Part shown: in pieces, positions 42,566 to 51,087 of the stretch
How positions within the stretch are numbered: the stretch's first letter is position 1
Layout of the letters: every line of letters starts with the position of its first letter
Assembly: GCA_016789445.1 (NCBI GenBank)
Contig: JAEUQT010000003.1
Coordinates: forward strand, 82,600 to 146,599
DNA from: a bacterium
GTDB taxonomy: Bacteria > Patescibacteriota > Minisyncoccia > Phycocordibacterales > UBA2100
DNA: 64,000 bases
Direction: 5' to 3'
The notes under the pieces: model-generated
Told to the model about the DNA's origin: nothing
The model's input: only the letters and a program-made list of their open reading frames with translations
The model's database searches: none
Program-made: the position numbers and the translations under genes

Positions 42566-42853
42566 TTATCCGAAAAGTTCTGAATGGCTGCCAATGTCTA
42601 TGAGCACCAATATCAAGACTTCGTTTCTCACTTCGTACACCAACAAGAGATCACCTTTGATATGACATTCGCGATATCGCTTTACATCCCCAGTCAGCTG
42701 ATGGTCTCGATACGATGCCGGCAGCGACTTGCGCGCAGCGAGAGACAGAATCACATCTTCGAGCTTTTTCATCAGGGCAGGTTTCAATGTCCCGGATTTC
42801 TTCAGTTTCCGGAACGATCGTTCGAACTGTTGCGTTCTGACGACGCCGTACAT
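42566..42853 (-). CDS. type II toxin, RelE/YafQ family mRNA interferase
   Basis: 95 aa. F.RSFRKLKK...YRDHQLTGD...YRECHIKGDLLLVYE...LVLIDIGSHSELF is the YafQ-type signature. Confidence 0.85.
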   Translation of the reverse strand: MYGVVRTQQFERSFRKLKKSGTLKPALMKKLEDVILSLAARKSLPASYRDHQLTGDVKRYRECHIKGDLLLVYEVRNEVLILVLIDIGSHSELFG

Positions 42854-42860
42854 GCGAGCA

Positions 42861-43109
42861 TTATAGCCCCTTCAACGCATCGCGCGCGCTATACACTTTC
42901 CCCTTCTTCAGAGCATCAGCAACTTCCTTGTCCCATTTCGCTGCTATCGAAGCCATGTTTTTCGTAGGAGTGAATGGCAATCCTTTTTCAAGAGCGACCT
43001 GATGGAGAAATATTTTCACACCCGATGACAAATCGAGACCGACATCACGCAATACCTTGCTTGCCGCTTTCTTGGTTTTCTCTTCGATCCGAATGTTAAG
43101 CGTAGTCAT
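42861..43109 (-). CDS. type II antitoxin, RelB/DinJ family
   Basis: From MTTLNIRIEEKTKKAASKVLRDVGLDLSSGVKIFLHQV, a ribbon-helix-helix DinJ pattern. Lies 7 nt upstream of the toxin. Confidence 0.8.
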   Translation of the reverse strand: MTTLNIRIEEKTKKAASKVLRDVGLDLSSGVKIFLHQVALEKGLPFTPTKNMASIAAKWDKEVADALKKGKVYSARDALKGL

Positions 43110-43167
43110 ATGTAGAAAGTATATACATTGTATACACATTGTCAATACACTCACATATTACATACGA

Positions 43168-43641
43168 CTAGAATACCACTATCGTTTCAAAATTGGTGAC
43201 GGGCGGCGTGTAATCGGGAGAGGTTTCTTCGAAGGTGCGCTTTTGGACGAGATACTTCCCATCCTGCGCGACGATCTTAAAATAGTGCCCGAGACCTGCG
43301 TAGTAGCAGATGATCTGATCGGATTTCGGATACACGTCGTCGTCCGGTGATGGATACGTATTGCAGGTGCCATCGACGGTGTCGATCTCCTTCGTGCGCG
43401 AAGTGCCGTCGAAATACATGGCGCGCAGCGTGATCTTCGTGCGCGGGATCTCCCCGCTCTCGTCGGTCGAGTAGCTCCAACTGAATGTCGGCTCCCCGTG
43501 CGGCACTTCCTCTCCCTGAATCACCGGCTCAACCGCCACATCCACCACAGGCCAGAACGCGTTATATCCCGCAATCACGACAACTGCAGCAACCACGAAT
43601 GCGAGGAGGTATCTGAGTGCTGTGGGCATATGGAGGCTCAT
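43168..43641 (-). CDS. hypothetical membrane-anchored exported protein (157 aa), paralog of the N-domain of 27388-28224
   Basis: TM anchor plus the shared IPRTKITL...GTS...DGTC...ICYYAGLG pattern. Confidence 0.6.
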   Translation of the reverse strand: MSLHMPTALRYLLAFVVAAVVVIAGYNAFWPVVDVAVEPVIQGEEVPHGEPTFSWSYSTDESGEIPRTKITLRAMYFDGTSRTKEIDTVDGTCNTYPSPDDDVYPKSDQIICYYAGLGHYFKIVAQDGKYLVQKRTFEETSPDYTPPVTNFETIVVF

Positions 43642-43893
43642 TTAATCACCTTTCTCACCAAGCTGCTCATCGATGCTGGTCGCGGCCTCCTTAACGTCTT
43701 CCAATTCCGAACGTATATCCTCCATCTGGCTGCTTAGCTCACCCTCCTCCTGTTCGATCTTAGCTTCAATCAATTCGAGCTTTTCCATCACATCCGCATG
43801 TTGCGATTCTTGCGCGTCAATCAGCTTTTCCATGAGCTCGGAGAGCGCGTCAACATCCTGACGGAGCTTCTTGATCTCGGGATTATCGAACAT
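43642..43893 (-). CDS. acidic coiled-coil protein (83 aa)
   Basis: Heptad-rich, E/D/L-rich sequence. Its stop abuts the start of the next gene, suggesting coupling. Confidence 0.55.
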   Translation of the reverse strand: MFDNPEIKKLRQDVDALSELMEKLIDAQESQHADVMEKLELIEAKIEQEEGELSSQMEDIRSELEDVKEAATSIDEQLGEKGD

Positions 43894-43926
43894 GGCTATA
43901 GTATGTACCTTTTATAATTTAAAGTC

Positions 43927-44196
43927 TTATTTTTGCTCCCCTCCATCTTCGCCGAATAAATGATCCCCAAAAATTGGTCTCGTACGTGGATTCTTAAAAA
44001 CGGACGTTGGATCTTTATCCTCTTCTACAGTTAGGAGAAAGAGGCCTCCGGTATCGAGAAGAAAACCATTCATGTGCTCCTCGATTACTCTCTTACCTAC
44101 AGCATCAGATGCCGTCTTTTTGTCGGGAGCTTCGAGAAAATAGTGCCATAGCACCGTTCCTTCAGTCGGGTGAATGATTTCGGCATAGAATTTCAT
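43927..44196 (-). CDS. hypothetical protein downstream of hsdR (start uncertain; the ORF opens at 44262 with TTG)
   Basis: ORF track; low GC like the R-M genes; no family recognised. Confidence 0.4.
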   Translation of the reverse strand: MKFYAEIIHPTEGTVLWHYFLEAPDKKTASDAVGKRVIEEHMNGFLLDTGGLFLLTVEEDKDPTSVFKNPRTRPIFGDHLFGEDGGEQK

Positions 44197-44291
44197 AAGT
44201 TCATGCTGGCACAAATGCTTGGAAAGTATTGTATGCTCAGATTGCGGCAATAAACCTGCCAATTTTTCCGCTCAGTTGCAAATATAGAACC

Positions 44292-47200
44292 TTAACGTCG
44301 AAGTATTGAACCTTCAGAAATGCCAATGAATCTCTCGAAGAAGCTCGTCAATTTATTCAAGACACTATCACGTTTCCGCGAGCGCTCTCCACTTGGGGAG
44401 AAGCGAGAAACTGGTGGCAGCACCTTTGTGAGTGCTGTCCCCGTTATGGCGACTGCGCCGTCGCGAAAGGCATTTTGAACGAAATTATAGGTGGCATCAG
44501 GATCCAGATTTTCATCCTTGATGATTTGGTCCAATTCTTCCACTTTCTTTTCCTCCACATACTTCTGCCAATCCTCGTCCACGACCGAATTCGCATCGAG
44601 CGATGAAATGAATTTGTTGATGAGGTCTTTCTTGTTGCGCAATTCAACGCTCGAATCGATTGCCTTGTTGATGTCAATCAAGAGCTCTTTGTTCTTAGTA
44701 TGGTCTTCGTGGTACTTCTTGATGAGGGCAAGGATGTAATCGATATTGATCTCGATCTGCTTAATGAGCTCCATCTCAAACACCAGATCGTCGTTGATGT
44801 TCTCTTTCTCCTTGTCGATGCTGGTACGGAACTCGTTGTACAGATCAATGTACATGCTGTGGTAGTCCTGCAGATCTCGCGCAGAAAGTATTTCGTTTCC
44901 CGTGAACTGGTCGAAGGTCACCAAGATATTGCGCAACCGCAATACAGCGCCGTACAGCTTTATGAAGTCCTTTTGGCTCTGTTCACCCATAATGCGCTCG
45001 CCCACAGGAAACTTTTCCAGAAGTTCGTCTACCAAGCTCTTGTAGCCCCGCACCTCCTTGTTACGTTCCGTGTAGCCGTTGTAGTAGTCCTCGTATGCTT
45101 TGAGAAGCACGATGCCGCTCGCTTCCTTGTCTCCGAAAAGAGCGATTGCTTCGTTGGTAGCTTTCTCTAAATTGCGGAAGCAGACGATATTGCCGAAGGT
45201 CTTCACGCTGTTAAGGATGCGATTCGTACGGGAATATGCCTGCAGTAGCCCGTGGAGTCGGAGATTCTTGTCCACCCACAGCGTGTTGAGTGTGGTGGCA
45301 TCAAAACCGGTCAGAAACATATTGACCACAATGAGAATATCAATCTCGCGACTCTTTACGCGCTCACTCACGTCTTTATAGTAGTTTTGGAACTTATCTG
45401 ACGAAGTATCGTACGATGTGCCGAACATCGCATTGTAGTCGGCGATAGCACTCTCTAAGAACTCACGCGAACTAGCATCAAGTCCGCTAGTGTCTTCCGA
45501 GTTTTCATCAACCATCCCGTCGGCATCCTCGTCGTTGACGCCAAAACTGAAGATTGTGGCGACCTTCAATTTTTTGTCACTGGGAACGTCCGCGAGCTGT
45601 TTTTTGAACTCGGCATAATACTTCTTTGCGACATCAATGGAAGACACCGCGAATATTGAATTGAAACCGGCAAGGCGTCTGTCTTTCAGCTTGTAAAAGC
45701 TATTGCGCTTTGTCTTTTGGTCGAAGTGTTCGCGTATATAACGCACGATATTCTCGAGTCGTTCAGGCGAAGCGAGAGCTGCCTCACGATCTATACCGCT
45801 CACTTGCTTGTCCTCGATGTCTTCCGCTTCGCGGATTGTGGAGACGTAATCAACCTTGAAGGGCAACACGTTCTTGTCCGCAATCGCGTCCACAATCGTA
45901 TACGTATGGAGCTTGGTGCCGAATGCCTGCTCGGTGGTCTTTAGGTCTGGACGACCACCAGACGAGGCGTTTGCGGCAAATATTGGCGTACCCGTGAAGC
46001 CAAATAGGTGGTAGTTATTAAATGCCTTGGTGATAGCGGCATGCATGTCGCCGAACTGCGAACGATGACACTCATCAAAAATAAGCGCTACATGCCCATC
46101 AAATATGGTGTGTCCGCTGTTGCGCGCTATGAAGCGGTCGAGCTTTTGGATGGTGGTAACGATGATGCGAGCCTTAGAGTCTTCAAGCTGCTTTTTCAAT
46201 ATTGATGTCGAGGTGTTGCTGTTCGCCGCTCCTTTCTCAAACTTGTCATACTCACGCATTGTCTGATAGTCGAGATCCTTGCGGTCTACGATGAAAAGGA
46301 CCTTGTCGATGTACGACAATTTGCTGGCAAGTTGTGCTGCCTTGAAGCTGGTGAGCGTTTTACCCGATCCAGTGGTATGCCAGATGTATCCACCTGCCTC
46401 TACCGTGCCTAGCTTTTTATAGTTGGTACTTACCTCGATGCGGTTCAAAATGCGCTCTGTAGCCACTATTTGATACGGGCGCATAACCAGCAGTTGGTGG
46501 TCGGTCGTGAACACGCAATAGCGTGTGAGGACATTGAGGAGCGTATGCTTGGCAAAAAACGTCTTAGCAAAGTCCATGAGGTCAGCAATCGGCTTGTTGG
46601 TCGCATCTGCCCACCAACTGGTAAACTCAAAGCTGCTGCTCGAACGCTTACCACGCTTTGCTGCGCCTTCGTTTGCTTCCTTGATATGCTGCCAGCGAGT
46701 CGTATTGCTGTAATACTTCGTATGCGTGCCATTCGAGATAACAAAAAGCTGGATGTATTCATAAAGCCCCGAAGCCGCCCAGAAGCTCTCGCGCTGATAG
46801 CGATTAATTTGGTTGAATGCTTCTTGAATAGCCACCCCACGACGTTTGAGTTCAATGTGGACTAACGGCAAGCCGTTCACGAGGATGGTCACGTCATAGC
46901 GATTCGCGCGCGCACCATCCTCGGTCGCGTACTGATTTATGACCTGTAACGTGTTGTCATGCACGTTGTCTTTACGGAGTAGGTAGATGTTCTTTGTGGA
47001 GCCATCATCCCGTGTGAGATTTTTTATGTAGTCCTCTTGAATGGTTGCTGTCTTTTCTTCAATGCTCTGGTTAGGGTTGGCTATTTCACCCTTAAAGAAC
47101 CGTTCCCACTCCTTGTCGGTAAAGATGTAATCGTTGAGCTTCTCAAGCTGGGTGCGGAGGTTTGCAATGAGGTCGTCTTCGCTTGTGATGGGGAGGCAAC

Positions 47201-47354
47201 CATAGGCCTGGGATTCGAGCTGCTCGATAAACGCACGTTCAAGCTCCGCTTCGCTCTGATAGTGTTCCGCGCGGTTCTTGTCCGGCGTGTATTCAGCTAC
47301 GACGGTGCTCTGCGCGTTCTCGGCAACTAAATTGTATTTGTTATTAACTGACAT
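44292..47354 (-). CDS. hsdR: type I restriction enzyme, R subunit
   Basis: 1020 aa. An N-terminal nuclease region and an SF2 helicase core (TGSGKTLT, DECHRSQ, and later motifs). Confidence 0.95.
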   Translation of the reverse strand: MSVNNKYNLVAENAQSTVVAEYTPDKNRAEHYQSEAELERAFIEQLESQAYGCLPITSEDDLIANLRTQLEKLNDYIFTDKEWERFFKGEIANPNQSIEEKTATIQEDYIKNLTRDDGSTKNIYLLRKDNVHDNTLQVINQYATEDGARANRYDVTILVNGLPLVHIELKRRGVAIQEAFNQINRYQRESFWAASGLYEYIQLFVISNGTHTKYYSNTTRWQHIKEANEGAAKRGKRSSSSFEFTSWWADATNKPIADLMDFAKTFFAKHTLLNVLTRYCVFTTDHQLLVMRPYQIVATERILNRIEVSTNYKKLGTVEAGGYIWHTTGSGKTLTSFKAAQLASKLSYIDKVLFIVDRKDLDYQTMREYDKFEKGAANSNTSTSILKKQLEDSKARIIVTTIQKLDRFIARNSGHTIFDGHVALIFDECHRSQFGDMHAAITKAFNNYHLFGFTGTPIFAANASSGGRPDLKTTEQAFGTKLHTYTIVDAIADKNVLPFKVDYVSTIREAEDIEDKQVSGIDREAALASPERLENIVRYIREHFDQKTKRNSFYKLKDRRLAGFNSIFAVSSIDVAKKYYAEFKKQLADVPSDKKLKVATIFSFGVNDEDADGMVDENSEDTSGLDASSREFLESAIADYNAMFGTSYDTSSDKFQNYYKDVSERVKSREIDILIVVNMFLTGFDATTLNTLWVDKNLRLHGLLQAYSRTNRILNSVKTFGNIVCFRNLEKATNEAIALFGDKEASGIVLLKAYEDYYNGYTERNKEVRGYKSLVDELLEKFPVGERIMGEQSQKDFIKLYGAVLRLRNILVTFDQFTGNEILSARDLQDYHSMYIDLYNEFRTSIDKEKENINDDLVFEMELIKQIEINIDYILALIKKYHEDHTKNKELLIDINKAIDSSVELRNKKDLINKFISSLDANSVVDEDWQKYVEEKKVEELDQIIKDENLDPDATYNFVQNAFRDGAVAITGTALTKVLPPVSRFSPSGERSRKRDSVLNKLTSFFERFIGISEGSILRR

Positions 47355-48552
47355 ATTCGGGGAAGGTTAAGAGCTTGCCTCGATAGTATTCGTACTGTTT
47401 GCGCCGTGCCGAGATTTCCGCCGGGAGACCTTCGGATTTGTCATTCACAAGCGCATCAAACTTGTCCAGAATTGACACAATATGTTCTTGCTCTTCCTCT
47501 GACGGAACTGGTACGGGTATCTTGTTGAGGTTTGTTTTGTTGAGCTTTGGTTGTGCTCCTCCGCTGACATAAGATCGTAAATCGATAGAATTCAAATAGA
47601 TCTCAATCAGACGTCGCATTGCATAACTCTCAAACTTAAGAACATGAGCGTGGTTATTGACCCAGGTCTTTCCTGAAATCGAAAAAGCGATTGGCGTCGT
47701 TCTTGCAAGAAGATTGGCTCCATCTTCTGAAACAAGTAAGTAGTCACCCTCAAATATGTAGTCGCTAACATAGTCAACAATGCCGGACGCCCCATAGTAA
47801 GGAACGTTTCCAGCCGTCCGTGCTGATCGCGTGACTGGTTTACGCTTTGAGTCTAAGTTGATGGAAATTCTATCGAGCGTCGTCCATCTTACTCTCTCAC
47901 TCTCGTTAAACGTCAAGAGCTCAGAACGATAATGCTCGTATTGCTTCCCTCTCGCTTCTAACTCTGCTTCTAACTCTGCTTCTAACTCTGTAAAAGCATC
48001 GAGGATGCTTGCAATCTCCTGCTGGATTTCAAGTGGCGGAACGGGAATTTTGATTGATGCCAATGTTGCCATTCGTACTCCTTTAAGCGTACTGCCGACC
48101 GATTGACTTTGATACTGGTCCTTTGCGATGTCTGAACCAAGGATATACATCAAATACCTTGGCAATATTGTTTCTTGCTTGGGTTTTATGATGAAGACAC
48201 TTTCACTGCAATTCCAGTTGTTTGTCGGAATATCTGCCAATGCAACTTTTCCAATAGTTCCAATACCAGAAAACAGCACGTCGTTCAATTCCAAGTCAGA
48301 GCGGTTCTGAATTATTCTTACAGCTTCATCATTAATCTTATCTGTCTTGTCACTGAACTGAACCTTACCAGAAGTAATCTCCTTGACCGTTACATAAAAA
48401 TTGGTTGCGTCGGGCGTATTCAATCTGAAATTCTGGCGCGGATTCAATCCTGTCTTAATTGATTTTGTGATAACTCCCAACTCCCTAAACTCCACACCTT
48501 TCGAGCATTTTTCAGCAATCAACTTTTCAATTTGACTCTGGTGTTTGGTCAT
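47344..48552 (-). CDS. hsdS: type I restriction enzyme, S (specificity) subunit
   Basis: 402 aa. Two target-recognition domains separated by a central coiled-coil region containing (ELEA)x3. Overlaps hsdR by 11 nt. Confidence 0.92.
   Translation of the reverse strand: MTKHQSQIEKLIAEKCSKGVEFRELGVITKSIKTGLNPRQNFRLNTPDATNFYVTVKEITSGKVQFSDKTDKINDEAVRIIQNRSDLELNDVLFSGIGTIGKVALADIPTNNWNCSESVFIIKPKQETILPRYLMYILGSDIAKDQYQSQSVGSTLKGVRMATLASIKIPVPPLEIQQEIASILDAFTELEAELEAELEARGKQYEHYRSELLTFNESERVRWTTLDRISINLDSKRKPVTRSARTAGNVPYYGASGIVDYVSDYIFEGDYLLVSEDGANLLARTTPIAFSISGKTWVNNHAHVLKFESYAMRRLIEIYLNSIDLRSYVSGGAQPKLNKTNLNKIPVPVPSEEEQEHIVSILDKFDALVNDKSEGLPAEISARRKQYEYYRGKLLTFPEYVS
47954..47989. repeat. 3 x 12-bp perfect tandem repeat inside hsdS
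   Basis: GCTTCTAACTCT x3 on the + strand, encoding ELEAELEAELEA in the central conserved region. Confidence 0.9.
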
Positions 48553-48554
48553 GG

Positions 48555-50156
48555 TTATTTTTTACCTTCAATATCAGCAACGATAGCGTCGATAGCGTTA
48601 CGGAGTTCGTTTTGGCGAGCGACAATGTTCGCAATACTCTCGTTCAGCTCCTTGATATCAACTACCTCACGAGTGTCTTTTCCGTCCACATAGCTTGAGA
48701 CCGAGATATTGTAGTCGTTCTCCGCAATATCATTGTTGTTCACCAGCGCGGCAAAGTGCTCAACGTCTTCTCGGTCAATAAAGGCATCGAGGATCTTTTT
48801 GCGATTTGTTTCGCTGAGTTTGTTCTTATTGCCACTGCGAACGAACTCGGTCGATGCGTCAATGAAAAACGTCTTATTGTCTTTCTTACTCTTTTTCAGA
48901 ACAATTACGCAGGTCGCAATAGTTGTGCCGAAGAAGAGATCCGGCGGCAGCTGGATTACAGAGTCGATGTAGTTGTTGTCTATGAGATACTTGCGGATCT
49001 TCTGCTCTGCACCACCGCGATAGAGCACGCCAGGGAACTCGACGATGGCTGCCGTGCCGTTCGTCGCAAGCCACGAGAGCATGTGCATTGTGAATGCGAG
49101 ATCCGCTTTGCTCTTAGGCGCGAGTACACCTGCCGGAGAGAAACGGGGGTCGTTGATGAGAATGGGATTAGCGTCACCCTCCCATCGGATTGAGTAGGGA
49201 GGGTTCGATACGATGGCCTCAAATGGCTCATCGTCCCAGTGCTTAGGGTCTGTGAGAGTATCACCATGCGCGATATTGAACTTCTCGTAGTTGATATCGT
49301 GCAAGAACATGTTGATGCGGCATAGATTGAACGTGGTGAGATTGATTTCCTGTCCGAAAAACCCCTGACGTACTTTGTCTTTACTCAGTACCTTGGCGAA
49401 TTTGAGCAACAGCGAACCGGAGCCGCACGCAGGGTCATACACTTTATTGACTTCCTTTTTGCCTACCGTAGTTATCTCTGCCAGTAGCTCGCTTACTTCC
49501 TGTGGCGTAAAGAACTCGCCGCCGGACTTACCGGCGTTGGAGGCGTACATGGTCATGAGGAACTCGTATGCATCGCCGAAAGCATCTATTGAGTTGTCGG
49601 CATAGTCGCCAAAGCGCAAACCCCCTATTGCCTCAAGGAGCTTTGCGAGCTTCTGATTGCGTCTTTCTACGGTGTTGCCCAGCTTGCCGGAGTTAACGTC
49701 GAGGTCGTCGAAAAGTCCCTTGAGGTCATCCTCGCTATCTGCGCCCTTCGCGGAGCTCTCTATGTTGTTGAAGACGCGCTCAAGTGTTTCGTTGAGGTTC
49801 GCGTCATTCCGAGCGTTTTTTGTGACGTTTACGAACAGCTCGCTTGGCAGTATGTAAAAACCTTTCTCTTTTACCGTATCGGCGCGACCAAATTCAGCTT
49901 GTTTATCTGAAAGTGATGCGTAATCAAAATCCTTTTTTCCAGCACGCTGCTCCTCTTCATTGATGTAGCTCTCGAGGTTCTCGCTAATGAAGCGATAGAA
50001 GAGCATTCCAAGCACGTACTGCTTAAAATCCCACCCGTCCACACTGCCACGAAGATCGTTGGCAATCTGCCAAATGGCACGATGCAATTCTGACCGCTCT
50101 TGGTCTTTCGTGACTGCTGAACCTTGTTTGTTCACCATATAGTCGATCTTGATCAT
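48555..50156 (-). CDS. hsdM: type I restriction enzyme, M (N6-adenine methyltransferase) subunit
   Basis: HsdM N-domain (IWQIANDLRG...YVLGMLFYRFIS), the AdoMet motif VYDPACGSGSLL and the catalytic motif NPPY. The start is set at MIKIDYM (50156), 1 nt after the stop of the upstream mini-ORF; 50138 is also possible. Confidence 0.92.
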   Translation of the reverse strand: MIKIDYMVNKQGSAVTKDQERSELHRAIWQIANDLRGSVDGWDFKQYVLGMLFYRFISENLESYINEEEQRAGKKDFDYASLSDKQAEFGRADTVKEKGFYILPSELFVNVTKNARNDANLNETLERVFNNIESSAKGADSEDDLKGLFDDLDVNSGKLGNTVERRNQKLAKLLEAIGGLRFGDYADNSIDAFGDAYEFLMTMYASNAGKSGGEFFTPQEVSELLAEITTVGKKEVNKVYDPACGSGSLLLKFAKVLSKDKVRQGFFGQEINLTTFNLCRINMFLHDINYEKFNIAHGDTLTDPKHWDDEPFEAIVSNPPYSIRWEGDANPILINDPRFSPAGVLAPKSKADLAFTMHMLSWLATNGTAAIVEFPGVLYRGGAEQKIRKYLIDNNYIDSVIQLPPDLFFGTTIATCVIVLKKSKKDNKTFFIDASTEFVRSGNKNKLSETNRKKILDAFIDREDVEHFAALVNNNDIAENDYNISVSSYVDGKDTREVVDIKELNESIANIVARQNELRNAIDAIVADIEGKK

Positions 50157-50157
50157 T

Positions 50158-50343
50158 CTAACGCACAAGACTGATTCCCCACCCCAGAATGCTGAGAAAA
50201 AGAACCCAGCTGAGAAATTGCACAAAATGCCCATATGCCCCATGTACAACAGCACTCGCCAAGCGCCACAACGGATATAGCAAAAAGAAAGCTGCCCTCA
50301 GAACTGCATTGAGCAAATATTCCCACCATCGCTGTCTGTACAT
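50158..50343 (-). CDS. small 2-TM membrane protein (61 aa), first gene of the R-M operon
   Basis: ORF track (MYRQRWWEYLL...). Its ATG follows the shared 35-nt leader at the same spacing as in the NYN gene. Its TAG is 1 nt from the hsdM ATG. Confidence 0.5.
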   Translation of the reverse strand: MYRQRWWEYLLNAVLRAAFFLLYPLWRLASAVVHGAYGHFVQFLSWVLFLSILGWGISLVR

Positions 50344-50348
50344 TGGGG

Positions 50349-50383
50349 AATCCTACGCCCAAAATGAAGAAACGCCACTGCTT
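50349..50383 (-). promoter_or_regulatory. 35-nt leader repeat, copy A (upstream of the R-M operon)
   Basis: Minus-strand sequence AAGCAGTGGCGTTTCTTCATTTTGGGCGTAGGATT, 31/35 identical to copy B. Confidence 0.6.
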
Positions 50384-50412
50384 GTGGGCTTGTGCACACC
50401 CCTTGAATTCAC

Positions 50413-50441
50413 TTGATTTTAACGAGGCGCTCGGTTATAAT
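50413..50441 (+). promoter_or_regulatory. near-consensus sigma-70 promoter on the + strand
   Basis: TTGATT-17 nt-TATAAT. Confidence 0.5.
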
Positions 50442-50466
50442 ACATGCAAGATCACCACGGAAAACG

Positions 50467-50497
50467 CCCTTCAAGGCTCGTCCTTGCGGGGTTTTTT
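50467..50497. terminator. hairpin with flanking A- and T-runs (bidirectional terminator)
   Basis: CCC-TT-CAAGG-CTCGT-CCTTG-C-GGG followed by GTTTTTTC. On the minus strand it follows the NYN gene stop. Confidence 0.55.
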
Positions 50498-50500
50498 CTT

Positions 50501-50986
50501 TCAGCCCCGCTTGGTATATTCGAGTTTCTTACGCAAATCTGACACAAAGGCCAGATAACCCGAATCGAACTTCTTAAGCAAAGCAGAATATTTTGCTTGG
50601 TTCGGGATAAGTAATTTCTCAAACTTCTGCTGCTTGACCAGGTAGTCGACAAGACAATAAAAATCCCCGTCGCCAGTGACGATGACCGCTTTAGAATACT
50701 CATCACGATCGATCATTGCCTGTAGCACAAGCTCTGCGTCACAATTACCCTTTGTAGTCCCGTCCTTATAACGTAATGTGGGTTTGAAAATGAGAATATA
50801 GCCCTTCTCTTGTAGCGATTTATACAAGTCGGCATGTTTCTCGACAAAACCGATGAAAAGATATGCCTTTTCGACCTTATATTTGTCCTTCAAATACCGT
50901 CGGAACCTCAACCAATCAATCTTCCACCCAAGACCCTGGACGGCAAGATTGAGGTTCTGACTGTCGATAAAGGCGTAATTCGCCAT
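50501..50986 (-). CDS. NYN (LabA/PIN-like) domain protein
   Basis: From MANYAFIDSQNL. The later GNCDAELVLQAM and VIVTGDGDF motifs are typical of the NYN/LabA-like nuclease fold. Confidence 0.85.
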   Translation of the reverse strand: MANYAFIDSQNLNLAVQGLGWKIDWLRFRRYLKDKYKVEKAYLFIGFVEKHADLYKSLQEKGYILIFKPTLRYKDGTTKGNCDAELVLQAMIDRDEYSKAVIVTGDGDFYCLVDYLVKQQKFEKLLIPNQAKYSALLKKFDSGYLAFVSDLRKKLEYTKRG

Positions 50987-50993
50987 ACGAATT

Positions 50994-51028
50994 AATCCTA
51001 CGCTCAAAATGAAGAAAATCCACTGTTT
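50994..51028 (-). promoter_or_regulatory. 35-nt leader repeat, copy B (upstream of the NYN gene)
   Basis: Minus-strand sequence AAACAGTGGATTTTCTTCATTTTGAGCGTAGGATT. Confidence 0.6.
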
Positions 51029-51051
51029 TCAGGCTAAAGCCCGAGCCAAGA

Positions 51052-51081
51052 CTTGGCTAAAATGGCGCCATTTTAGCCAAG
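51052..51081. repeat. 30-nt perfect palindrome
   Basis: CTTGGCTAAAATGGCGCCATTTTAGCCAAG. Preceded by the partial copy GCCAAGACTTGGC. Confidence 0.9.
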
Positions 51082-51087
51082 GGCGCC

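Noticed and set aside
47954-47989. Tandem repeat as a possible CRISPR or minisatellite locus.
   Set aside because: There are only three 12-bp units without spacers, lying in frame inside hsdS and encoding (ELEA)x3. No CRISPR array or cas genes are seen anywhere in the window.
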